Assembly (NCBI GenBank): GCA_038087875.1
Contig: JAXLNO010000034.1
Coordinates: 1 to 44,017, forward strand
DNA length: 44,017 nt
Direction: 5' to 3'
Source of the DNA: Malacoraja senta
Lineage: Eukaryota
Positions 10,123-20,994 of this stretch are shown here, in pieces. The notes beneath the pieces are model-generated. The model did no database searches. It saw only the letters and a list, made by a program, of their open reading frames with translations, and was not told the DNA's origin. The position numbers and the translations under genes are program-made. Positions within the stretch are counted from its first letter, which is position 1. Every line of letters begins with the position of its first letter.

Positions 10123-10975
10123 GTCAAGGTCAAGGTCAAGGTATTTTTATTAGTCACATTCACATACACCCAGGTGTAGTGAAGTGAAATGCTTTTTGCC
10201 ATTATGCAGCACACAAAAAAGAGAATACAGACATAACACCAAGATAGTCTTAACACTGAACATTCCCCCACAATGGCTCCCACCATGAGGGAAGGCACAA
10301 AGTCCAGTCCCCAACCCCAGTTCACCCATAGTCGGGCCCATTGAGGCCTCCACAGTTGCCTCTACGGAGGCCCGATGTTCCAGGCCGTTCTCGCCGGGTG
10401 ATGTTGCTCCGGCGTCGGGAGAGTCCTCCCAGCGGCCTGGGAACCCTGGAACGGCCGCTTCCGCATTGGGGGCCGCAGCTTCCGAAGCCAACAAGGCCGT
10501 GCCGGTTGGAGCTCCACAACTGGCGATCTCATCTAGAGATCCCAGGCTCCCGGTGTAAAGTTCAGCGCCGCCGCCCGCAGCTGGTCGCTCCACAGTCCCG
10601 CAGCTCCGCGATGTTTTCCCCAGCGATCCTCAGCTCACCGGAGCTCCAGCGCGGCGACCCGGGCAAGGCATCGCCCGCTCCGCGATAGCGCTCCAGCGCT
10701 GTGCCGCCGCCGAAACCGAGGTTCTGGGCGGTCCCCAACAGGAAACGCCGCTCCAGGCCCGCTGGTAGGCCGCGAGGATGGGTCGAAGCTGCAGCCCGGA
10801 GAAAAGCTGCCTCTCCAGCCAGGTAGGGACCCTGAAAGGTAGTTTCCCCCTTCCCCTCCCACACAAAAAAGTCTAGACCTCCAAACAAAACACTTAACTA
10901 ACTAAAATAAAAAAATAGAAGATGAAAGGACAGACAGCTGCTGGCTGGGCAGCCGCACACAGGACAGCGCCCCTA
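10123..10975 (-). mobile_element. GC-rich, probably non-autonomous retroelement with a (CCTTGA)n 3' tail
   Basis: The minus strand ends 'catttcacttcactacacctgggtgtatgtgaatgtgactaataaaaatac(cttgac)3', like the LINE 3' tails at 13370-13550 and 13870-14015. The body is CpG-rich with no recognisable protein. Confidence 0.6.
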
Positions 10976-12643
10976 CTTTGTCGTTTGTTGGGCGGGGTTT
11001 TCTTTCTGTTTATCCTTAGCAGGAAACATAGGAAATGGTGGAAATGTTGTGTTCTACATGGAGGAAATTAGGTGTTGAAGACCTAAATAGTGAGTTGTCC
11101 TCTGACATTCCTGGCAACAATAAATACAATGACAAATGCAAAACAGCAGGATGGTGCATAGATGATAGTGCAATCTTTGGTAGTACACAATAAAATGAGC
11201 AAAGTGCAAAGTGCAATAATGGAATGAAGATACATCTGAACAAATATCACCCTTAGGCCCTTGTACATGTTGTTCTGGTTCAGTGGTTTCCTTGCTAGAT
11301 AGGTGAGCCGCTCCTGTAACCAGTGCTTTTTTGTAGACAAAAAGGTACTGGTACACACCTTTAATAAGCATACATGTCACGCGGCCGGAAAATGAAATAA
11401 TGACGGTTAACCTTTTAGAGGTGTTGGTACGCCGTACTAGCATGTGCTTTCACTAAATAAGCATTGCCTGGAGTGCGAGCCAATGAAGTATGCCGTATGC
11501 TAACACTGAAGCCCCTTCATTGCATTCAAGATGTTTGTGGATTTGCTCAGACAAATGATTTGGGGTTTTAGAAAACCAATGGAAGATTTTGGAGATTGAA
11601 TCGTGGAAGTAGGCAAAATGAGTAACCAGACTTTCACTGGTGGTTTTTCATTGCAAAAGCACCAGACTTCACTTCCAAATTAGGTCTGTGACTCATGTCT
11701 TATTATAATATAGGTTATATTATAATAGCAAAATAGCAAGGAAAATCCAGCTAACTGATCTTTTCTGCAAATTTCAATAACTTTATACTTCAAACATCAG
11801 ATTGTAGAAATGAAACTTTACCACTTCGATCGATCTAAGTTTATGCATAACACACAGAACAATGTTTGTGAAAAAATGTTTGGAAAATAAATTTGGGAAT
11901 TTACCAGAGCAATTGCAAAGTCTCTGCTCTAATTTTGAGTTTTACTGTGATTTCAATGTACTAGCAACATGGAGACACTCTGACATTTACGTTACTGCAA
12001 TTTTCACTCATTCATGCCTGACTCATGGATGTCATGGGACGTTCATGCAAAAGCTGGCCATCATGGCATTTGTGAAACCTGTTTCAATTTTACTTAAGAG
12101 ATCTGGAGGAGCACATCAATGATACTGAGAAACTGTTTAGGTGGGCGTCCTTTAGGTTGCTAACTTTCTCATTGCAATACACTCTGGGGCTCTTGCACTA
12201 TCCTTTCCCACCTAATCAGTCCTCATTTTTGATCACGACTCCCATCCTCACCTGATATGAGACCAACACTCACTCCACACAGTTATTATAATCACCTAGC
12301 AGCAAATCCCAACCCTTTCAAGCTTCCCCAATCAAAATTATCTAATTCTTTTTTCACATTATAATTCTTTTTTCCTTTGTCCACCCTTCCCCATGTTCCC
12401 CATCTCCTCCACATGACCTTTAAACCACAGCACCAAATCAATGAAATTACCTTTCATTATGTTATAACAGTCAATACCTAAAGCCGGAACAAACTATTGA
12501 ATTTTGCAGCAGTAGACCCTATTTTGCTTCATAGCTAATCAAACTAAAATCACAACTGAGTTATAAATTGATAATAGGAAAATATCATTCATGGTTTCTT
12601 GATAGTGTTATAATATTTATGTTTTTAAATTAAAATTCCAAAC

Positions 12644-12795
12644 CTGGCCCTTTCGAAACTTCAATGGATTATTTGACCTAAGAAGCTGTCTTGATCCTGT
12701 ATCACCTCTCTTGCCATATATCACAATGTAGACATTGGCTTCTGTACCACCATTCCAAAGATCTCCAGTTACAATGAAAATCTCATAGTCAGTCA
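12644..12795 (-). CDS. RP1: RP1 long-isoform exon (start of PLAT domain 2)
   Basis: tttcag|TGACT...GCCAG|gtttgg, 152 bp, phase 1 to 0; VTDYEIFIVTGDLWNGGTEANVYIVIYGKRGDTGSRQLLRSNNPLKFRKGQ. Confidence 0.92.
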
Positions 12796-13369
12796 CTGAA
12801 AGTAAAAGATAGACACAGAAGATAGACACAAAATAAAAGTTTTGATTAATATCATGAATATCAATTGCTCTTTGGTAATTCATTTCTGAATTAACAAAAT
12901 TGCTCTCATTCTTGCAGAGCCAAGTTATAAATATTGTATTGATTAAATTAGAATCAATCTTAAGCAACAGCACATTATGTGTCGAAGAAAACTTAGGCAC
13001 ATTAGAGAGAAATGGATATAACTTCATGGAAGAGAGAAGTTAGAAGAAGTGAAAGACAGCCAATATCAAAATCTGACATAAAAAAGTAAATTAGTTTAAC
13101 AAGTGTTTTTCAGACTATGAGAACATTTAAAGGTTTGTCTTTAATTGTAGGACAACATTAAACATCATTACATCAAAACAGCTATTTCTTGCTGCAAAGC
13201 TGCAAGTTGGCAATTGCAAGGTTAAGAACCAGATTGCCTGCCAATTGAGATTTCACAAGATGACATGAAAATGGCAGAGGCATAGATAGCGGTGAAGGTT
13301 GTCTATGGATATCTTGGGATCTTGATATGGTATGTAAAATTTAATCCTGTCACGTGTGAGGTAATGCAG

Positions 13370-13550
13370 ATCTTTAATCGGACTTTATCAGACTTTATCT
13401 TGCACTAAATATTATACCCTTTAGCCTTTATCTGTACACTGTGGATTGGTTGATTGTAATCATGTATAGTCTTGTCTTTGACTGAATAGTACACAAACAA
13501 AGCTTTTCACCTCGATATATGTGACAATGATAAACAAACTAAACCTAAAC
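13370..13550 (+). mobile_element. LINE 3' UTR fragment (L2/Rex-like) inside a degraded CR1 remnant
   Basis: 'tctgtacactgtgga...gattgtaatcatgtatagtc...gtgacaatgataaac(aaact)n'; related copies at 13870-14015 (+) and 18560-18680 (-). Confidence 0.6.
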
Positions 13551-13686
13551 GGAACAGATTCTGGTAGGACCTGCAGAGTAAATGGAAGACACCTCAGGGG
13601 TGTTGATGTACAGAGGGTCCTTGAAGTGCAATTCTATTGTGGCAAGCAAATGAAAAGAGTTTTTGCTTCTCAAAAAGAGACTGTAC

Positions 13687-13819
13687 CTGGGAAGACTTCT
13701 TTGCCGTTCTCCGTAACAGGCATTTCTCTGCAGATCTCTCCATCGCCTTTATTCCGATCCATCCAGCTATTAACATTAAAGTGGTAGTCTTTACCCGAGG
13801 AAGTATTCTGTAAATGGAT
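13687..13819 (-). CDS. RP1: RP1 long-isoform exon (end of PLAT domain 1)
   Basis: ttttag|ATCCAT...CCCAG|gtacag, 133 bp, phase 0 to 1; IHLQNTSSGKDYHFNVNSWMDRNKGDGEICREMPVTENGKEVFP. Confidence 0.9.
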
Positions 13820-13869
13820 CTAAAATGCACCAACAGAGGTATAAGCTTATAATCAAGACTGTGGGCTTC

Positions 13870-14015
13870 TGCTTAACCCTTCGTCCTTTGTCTGTGCACT
13901 GTGGACGGTTTGATTGTATTCATGTATAGTCTTTTCTTGACTGGATTGTAAGCAAACACAATCTTTCCACTGTACCTCGGTACATGTGACAATAATAAAC
14001 TTAAACTAAACTTTA
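13870..14015 (+). mobile_element. LINE 3' UTR fragment, same family as 13370-13550
   Basis: Direct similarity to 13420-13550; ends 'actgtacctcggtacatgtgacaataataaacttaaactaaac'. Confidence 0.6.
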
Positions 14016-15894
14016 AAGGTTGGATCTTTCTTGTACTCTCAACTACGAGCTGTCAATGAGACATACTCTGTCTTTCCAGCAAGCTCCCTCACATATAAAA
14101 TACCATTTGCAATAATATAGAATAGAATTGATAAGATCAATGTTCCAGAATTAGGCATGTCTTTAGCCAAGCAGTTCCCCCACATATAAAACACTTCTAC
14201 ATGCACGATGATGGAGAAAGTTGCCCAGCTACACCTTGTCAACAAAAATAACATGGAATGCAGTCTGTTTGACTCAACCCATCAGCCTTTTCGTAATTAT
14301 TATTAAAGCAACAGATGGTGTTATTGGCCATGCTATCAATCTGATATTGACTATGAGTTTACAATTCAGCCCCGATCCAAATGTGAACAAAAATGTTCAA
14401 TTCCAGAGGCAAAATGAGAATGGCAACCTTTGATATCAGGGCAGCACTTTAATTTGTGAAATGAAGTGAACAGAAATTAAAGGGAAAGTTCTCCACATGC
14501 TGAAGAAAGGCTGGTGGCCATGGTTGTAGGAAGACAATCATCTGAGCCTGCAGAAGCTCTCTATTTCCAGTCAGAGTTAGCCTATATATTTGTCTTTGGT
14601 ATTCAATAACATTGCAATCACTAAGTCCTCCATCACTAAAACCTGGAGGTTGCCATTGATCACAAATTTATTTGGCTAAAAGCAAAGGTCAGAGATTAGG
14701 TTTCCTTAAAATTAACTCATCCTTACTCTCCAAATATTCCTTCTTCTGCAAAGCACTAATCAGAAATATTCAGGAATTTTCTCCACTTGCCTCGGTGAGT
14801 GCAGCTTTAATAATGCTCAAAGGTCCACTAGCCCTCCCACCCGCCAACTCAATGTGTCTTAGTACTTGTGGCAATAATAAACCAACACCAATGCTGTCTA
14901 ATTACTTTGACTGGTCTTAAATCCAAACATAACACTTTATAAATGTGTTGATATACTTATCAATGTTGTCTGTTGATTGTGTGCTGCAATGATGATTATA
15001 AGCAATGCAACAACAAAAATCACATACTACCTGCATGAAGTCAGAATGACTTGGTTTCTCAAAACACATTCACAGATCAATTTGATTTCTCCACACCACT
15101 TGCCTCTGTGTTGTTGATAAAATATGTTCCAAAAGGCAGATTATGCTCATTTTCATTGAGAATGGAGGAAGATAAATTGCTCCCCACATTTTATATGTCA
15201 GTTTCTTACCTTGATTATACAGGTGTACAATTATCAGCCCCCTGATTATAACTTTTCAATTTATTTTTGTAAAGTTTCCTGACTTAATTTGACATTGTTC
15301 AGTCTTCACATTAAAGAAAGCTGGTGAGATTGTAAATGGTCCACATCATAGACAGTTTAGAACCAGAAATAATGTAATATAATTGGGACCGATTTTTCAA
15401 GTTTCTTGAAGGTAAAGACCAACAGCTAAAGATTAAGTAGTAAAGTAAAAATGGCAATTTCCTCTTTTTATAACAGTGGAGTACCAGAAAGGATATTTGT
15501 CTATACATGAATAAAATATTGCAAGGGCTTGTGTCATTTATTATTTTTTGACTTTCCATGAAGACTATTATTTTTTTTAATTAAATCTCTTATTTCTTGC
15601 TATTGTCCATTTTTATTAAAAGGATTTACAGTTTATCCAATAACCAGAAGGTGCTTGTCTCAAATAATTTTTAACAATTCTAAATAATTATTAGAATAAT
15701 AAAAATAAAAATAATAACAAATTCTGCTTAACTCCTAGCATCCAATATATTAGATATATGAGTTAATAATACGTACAAAGTCATGTTCCATTTCATGTCT
15801 TGCCCACATAAGAAGTGATCTTTGGTGAAATGCTTTGAACATCCATCTACATGTTTAAACTAGTGTTAGGAAGAGTTCATGTCATGTTTGCTTT

Positions 15895-16060
15895 CATATT
15901 TAAGAAACATTTATACAGGTACTGGGATATGACAGGTTTAGAGAGATATGAGCCAAATGCAAGTGGGACTCATGTAGATGGGACATCTTGGCCGCTGTAC
16001 ACAAGTTGGGCCGATAGGGTTGTTTCCACACTGTAAGATTCTATGACTCTGTGACTCTAT
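15895..16060 (+). mobile_element. 3' end of a CR1/HER1-type LINE
   Basis: Similar to 1-152; tail 'ctatgactctgtgactctat'. Confidence 0.7.
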
Positions 16061-16444
16061 ATGAAAGCAACCACGTGTGCGAGGATTTGCTGGGGTGAGG
16101 AGTATACAGGTTAGATCAAATTGTCTTTCTCAGGGCCTGAGAGAGCTCAAACTTTGTCTCACTTTTGCACAGGACCACACAGTGGGAAATTGGAACAGGA
16201 ACAGTAACAGAGAAATTGTCCCAAAGTTGAACTTCAGAATTTTCTGTTGCCCTTGAAGAAAAATCTATTTGATGTTAACCTGAGGAATTATCCATTATAT
16301 ATAGTGTTTACAAAATGATCCAGCAATTGTTGTTTCTCAAAAATCCTATGCCAATGTATCTTCTACTTTTCTAATTCAATATTCTTTGTTCTATTATATG
16401 TGTGTAACATAAAATAAATAAATCTGCTCATTCATTGCCCTTAC

Positions 16445-16531
16445 CGATTTACAGTGCCATCCAGGGAATTTTCCGGTATTATTGTGCCCAATGCGAATTT
16501 TGTATAATTTTCCAATATTCTTTGTGCTTAC
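16445..16531 (-). CDS. RP1: RP1 long-isoform exon (PLAT domain 1)
   Basis: tcttag|GTAAGC...AATCG|gtaagg, 87 bp, phase 0 to 0; [29 protein letters not shown]. Confidence 0.92.
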
Positions 16532-16929
16532 CTAAGATACAAATGAATATATTGTTCTCGTCTTCTGTTTTCAGTTGAACACATTTTATTTTTAAATAGC
16601 TATGATAAAAACAAGAAAAAATTACTATTTAGGTACTATTGAGATTTTTCTGAGTCCAAGCTTGGAATCAACTCATAGACTAGTCTGAAATGTTGATATT
16701 TTTTAGATCAAGGGCACCATTGTGAGGTTATACCAGCTTCCCTTCGTTCTAGCTGACAGAAGATATTCACCTCTGTGATCCAGTAATCCATCAGCACTTT
16801 CTAAAACCTAAAAGATAATTTAAGATTTTGTACAATAGTTAATTCATGACTGCTTAAAAATCAATGCAACCAAGTACGAGGATTAGCTCAGGTGAAGAAT
16901 AAACAGGATGGACCAAACTATCTTTCTTA

Positions 16930-17753
16930 AGAGTGGCATGGTGGTGCAGCCGTAGAGTTGCTGATTACAGTGCCAGAGACCTGGGTTTGATCCTGACTAC
17001 AGGTGCTGTCTGTACGTTACCCGGACGTGGCGTCGAAGAGGGATGCGCTCCTTCGGCCTCTTACAACTTGGTGTTCGGGTTCAGAGTGCCCAGTCACCTG
17101 TGGCTTGTGTGGGAAAATGAACCCCACCCTCCCGTCTCCACCGGCCAGTGATGTGATGGACTCGGGGGTCTGGACCAATCGCTGTCAGGTCCTGCCCCCC
17201 CGGCAACGCGACGTCATGTCCGTTATTTGACTTCGGTTGAGCGGCCATTTGGTTAGTTCCCTTGTAGGCGATGCAGCCTTTCGGTGAGTTGGCGTTTCAG
17301 CAGCGGCCATTCGGTGAGTTTGCTTTTAGGCGACACAGCCTTTCGGTTAGTTGGCTTTTAGACGTCCCGCCCTTTCGGTTAGTGTGCAATGAGGCATCCC
17401 ACCCTTTCGGTTAGTTGGCGTTTCGGCTTCGTAAGCTTTCAGTTATTTGGCGTTTCGGCTTCGTTTCCATTCGGTTATTTGGCTTCCACTTCTTTGCTTC
17501 GGCTTCTCGTCCTTCGACGCCACGTCTGCACACGGTTCAGCGTTTGTATGTTCTCCCTGTGACCTTTTGGGTTTTCCCGGGTGCTCCGGTTTCCCCCCAC
17601 ATTCCAAAGACATACAGATTTGTAGGTTAATAGGCATTGGTAAAGACTGTTGTACCAAATATAGAGAATTGTGCGAGTGTATAGGGATCGCTTGTTGGTG
17701 CGAACTCGGTGGGCCGAAGGGCCTGTTTCCACGCTGTATCCCTAAACTAATCT
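16930..17753 (+). mobile_element. HE1-like tRNA-derived SINE interrupted by a TIR element
   Basis: A/B-box-like head (tggtgcagc...gggtttgatcc), central 'gggtgctccggtttcccccacattccaaagac' and the HER1-like tail 'gggccgaagggcctgtttcc...ctaaacta'. Collinear with the intact SINE at 31597-31902. Confidence 0.85.
17022..17528. mobile_element. Non-autonomous DNA transposon (MITE-like) with 17-bp inverted termini and a subterminal repeat array
   Basis: CGGACGTGGCGTCGAAG (17022-17038) pairs with CTTCGACGCCACGTCTG (17512-17528) at 16/17 positions. The segment is absent from the other SINE copy. Confidence 0.7.
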
Positions 17754-17944
17754 AGGGCCTGACAGAGCTCAATCATTCTTTGTTGGGCCAGAGTTTACAA
17801 GTAACTTGGTTTCACTTCTCCACAGGACCACATAGTGAGATATTGGCGCAGAAACAGAAGCATGGAAGCTGTACTGAAGAAGACATGGCTAACTTCGGAA
17901 TTTTCTCCTGTGGTTGAAGAAAAATTATTTGAAAGACAGCATGA

Positions 17945-18165
17945 AAAACACAAAGGAGACTCAAGAGACTGCAGCTGTTAGAAAATTGAGCAAAAAAACA
18001 AACTGCTGGAGGAACTCAGCAAAACAGGTAGCATCTGTGGAGGAAAACATGCAGACGAACCTTCAGTTTGAAGAAGAGTCCCAACCCGAAATGTCACCCC
18101 TTTCATTTCCTTTAACGGATGCTGCTTGACCTGTTGAGTTCCTCCAGCAGTCAGTTTTTTTGTTG
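17945..18165. mobile_element. Penelope-derived / MER6-like short inverted-repeat element
   Basis: Arms 'actgctggaggaactcagc...agcatctgt' (about 18001-18040) and 'acggatgctgc...tgagttcctccagcagt' (about 18116-18151) around a 'tgaagaagagtcccaacccgaaatgtcacc' core. Related pieces at about 31020-31090, 31445-31530 and 34360-34430. Confidence 0.7.
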
Positions 18166-18279
18166 AAAAAACAAATGTGTAAAGAAAAGCATTTCAGGTC
18201 TTCCTTGCATTGATGGGTGGTCCCTTGAATGTCCGAGAAGGAAGAGTCAATGTTACCTTTTCGCAGCACAATAAAAATA

Positions 18280-18491
18280 TACACCTGAGAAAAGGGAAGA
18301 GATTTGAACTTTTTTCGCCTTCCATCACAGTGAGGAATGTGGAGGAGTCACTGTGGTGGATGATTATATTAAAATGTGTTTTGTGTGTTCCGTTGCTTTT
18401 TATTTGTATGACTGACTTGGCAAATGAAATTCCTCGTATGTTGCAAAATATACTTAGCTAATAAAGTATTATTGTGATTGTGATTGTGATT
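18280..18491 (+). mobile_element. Retroelement 3' fragment with a (GATTGT)n tail
   Basis: 'aaatgaaattcctcgtatgttgcaaaatatacttagctaataaagtatt(attgtg)n'. Confidence 0.5.
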
Positions 18492-19427
18492 TACTGTAAT
18501 CTTACTTGCAATCCTGAAAACCCTATTATTTTATCTGTGGTAGGTGGCACCCCCAGAGAAAGATAATACATGATTACAATCAATCCATATACAGTGTATA
18601 TATATATATATATGATAAGGGAATAACGTTTAGTGCAAGGTAAAGCCAACAAAGGATAGTCAGTCAAGGATAGTCCAAGGGACATCAGTGTCAGATCTTG
18701 GTTGGACTCCCTGCGCTTTACCACGTGTCAGGAGGTTACACTCATTTGACTCATGCACAAATGTTTAGTTCTGAACTTCCCAGGGGGGTTCCCTGGGTTT
18801 TACAGGCTAATCTCTGCCACTGTCCTCAAGAGTCCTGCTTGAATGCACCAGTAGAGCACTATCACTCTGACTTTCCCTCTGGTGCTGGGATGGAAATCTG
18901 CCTACTGATGCTATGCATAGAGACTCCGTTCATTACAAATAGAGGAAAGTATTAGGCACTACATATTTTTGAAAAATTCAAGTAAGTTTACTTAAATGTC
19001 TCATTATCTTATATGTTAATTACAATTTCAATATCAATTTGTATGGGGAAAATTGAGTCCTGGGAAGAAACATAGAAAAACGTATAAAATTACATATAAA
19101 TAAAATAAATGAACTGGGTCGACCGTTTTTATATGCAACTGAAAATCTACGCAAAATATATTAAATAAATTTTGCCAACTGTGAAAATACTGCAAGAATT
19201 TGGCAGTGTGGATGTGCTCAATTGAAATTATATTAAACATAATCTAATATAAATTTCAAAATTATAAGATTATAACAACTAATTTAGTGTATACAGAAAC
19301 AATCTGAAGCTTCAGAACCTCAAGGAAACATCATTGACATATTCAGGTTGTAAAATACTTCAAAAAATTGTCTCTATGAAAAAACATATACTCTACAATA
19401 ATCATATCACAATCAATTAGTACATAC

Positions 19428-19591
19428 AATTGTAATATCTTTTTGCCCACTTTGAAACTTTGCGTTCGAACCTCCATGATATAAATGTATTCTTGAATTT
19501 CCCTCTTCCCCATAGAGAACGATGTGAACCTGAGCAGTTGTACCTGCAGTTGGTAGATCACCGGTGCGAACAGTTATCTTCCACTTAATTC
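19428..19591 (-). CDS. RP1: RP1 long-isoform first PLAT exon
   Basis: ccctag|GAATT...CAATT|gtatgt, 164 bp, phase 1 to 0; IKWKITVRTGDLPTAGTTAQVHIVLYGEEGNSRIHLYHGGSNAKFQSGQKDITI. The acceptor phase (1) equals that of the large exon at 43536. Confidence 0.92.
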
Positions 19592-19634
19592 CTAGGGTGA
19601 AACCAAGTAGAAAATCAATCCTTGCAGTTATTCA

Positions 19635-20035
19635 CGTCAAGAGTGTTATATTGTCATATATCCCAAAATGGAACAATGAAATTCTTAGCACAACAGATAT
19701 GTAAACATAGTACTCTGTAAACCTATAATACGCAACAAAAGAAAGTTCATTTTTCTATAAAAACTCCAAACAAATAAATAAACAATAGTAGTGCAAAGAC
19801 AAAAATAATGCCCCCAAGTCTGGAGATTGTTTGGAGGTTGTAATGTTTATTAGCCTGATAGTTGTAGGAAAATAAACTGTTCCTGAACCTGGACGTTAGT
19901 TTTCAGGCTCCTATACCTTCCTCTCGATGGCAGAGTGAAATGACAGTGTGGCCATGGTGGTGTGGGTCTCTGATGATGCTGGCTGCCATTTTGAGGCAGC
20001 GATTCTTGTAGATCCTTGCGATGGTGGGGAATTCA
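19635..20035 (-). mobile_element. Rex1/Babar-type LINE 3' fragment
   Basis: Reverse complement resembles 22380-22690 (e.g. 'ttcctgaacctggacgttagttttcaggctcctataccttcc'). Confidence 0.7.
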
Positions 20036-20994
20036 CCGAAAGACACAAAAGGAAAGTTGTTTGCTGAGATAAATAAATCCAATTTTGACCAATATGTTTG
20101 TTCACAACATGCTAATTTGCAGTCTTGTTGCCAATGCTTCGTTTGCTAATTATAGACATCAATCATTTTGAGAAACTAGTACTGGATACTACAAAATTGA
20201 ACAGAATAAGTCTGGTAAACACGTAATTAGAAAGTGAGAAATTAATCAAAACTGATAAGCAAGAACGCTGGGAGTTTCATAATTTTGGAACTAAAAGGGA
20301 ATGAATGAATGTTGGATGAGGCAATTTTGATTCCTATGGAGTAAGGAATTTAGATTAAGCATAAAGTAAATAGGGCTGCACCTTTTAACATAAGTGGTTA
20401 AAAGTAGAATAATAGTTACCAGTGCTGATGGACTAAAGTCATTGGGTTTCTACCACCTTTTCACTGAAGTCATGTAAGAAAGAGCAGTTCCGAGAATTTT
20501 CCAAGAAATTACCATTAACGGCATTATGAGTACTATGCATACCATTCGTTTTATACAAAATTGTTCTTGCATTGTGCATTTAAATGTAATTGAAGGAGTT
20601 CTGAATATAGAAAATATATAAAGCACTAATATCATCTCCTTTGAAAATGTCTTTACCCTAACAGTGTTACTATTTAAATACAGCCATAGTTGCCAGAAAC
20701 AGCAGAACTGCTCAATAACAGGACAATTACCCAATGGCATATAAATACATAACAGCTGATATTGGCACACATATCCAATAGGTAGCAATTGCGAACTATG
20801 GCAGGACAACAGTTGAAACAAAAACTGGTTTATTTGCTGAAGATCGCCAAGAAAGACCAGGTAGGAGCCTCATACTTCTCAACACGTTAAATACCAGTTT
20901 CAATGATGTCGACTGCTAAGAGTTGGCATTCGCTCTGATTTGAACTCTCACAACGAGTGATTAGTACCATAGAAAGAATATGAAACACGTAGCA

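Noticed and set aside
10150..10888. Overlapping 65-147 aa ORFs
   Set aside because: Stop-poor GC-rich repeat sequence, open in several frames on both strands, with no protein-like motifs.
16734..16807. Candidate minus-strand exon (ttttag|GTTTTA...GCTG|gtataa)
   Set aside because: 74 bp would break the frame between two PLAT exons that already join correctly; weak donor and no homology.
17240..17485. CRISPR-like repeat-spacer appearance
   Set aside because: Vertebrate intron with no cas genes. The cores are only about 16 bp and degenerate, the spacers are related to each other, and the array lies inside a TIR element.
4494..19591. Assignment of the PLAT exons to LOXHD1
   Set aside because: Only two PLAT domains followed by a non-PLAT segment, directly downstream of and phase-compatible with the RP1 large exon. 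The peptide resembles the RP1 long isoform as I recall it.
20420..20463. Candidate minus-strand exon upstream of the first PLAT exon
   Set aside because: Contains a stop codon in every frame from this acceptor.
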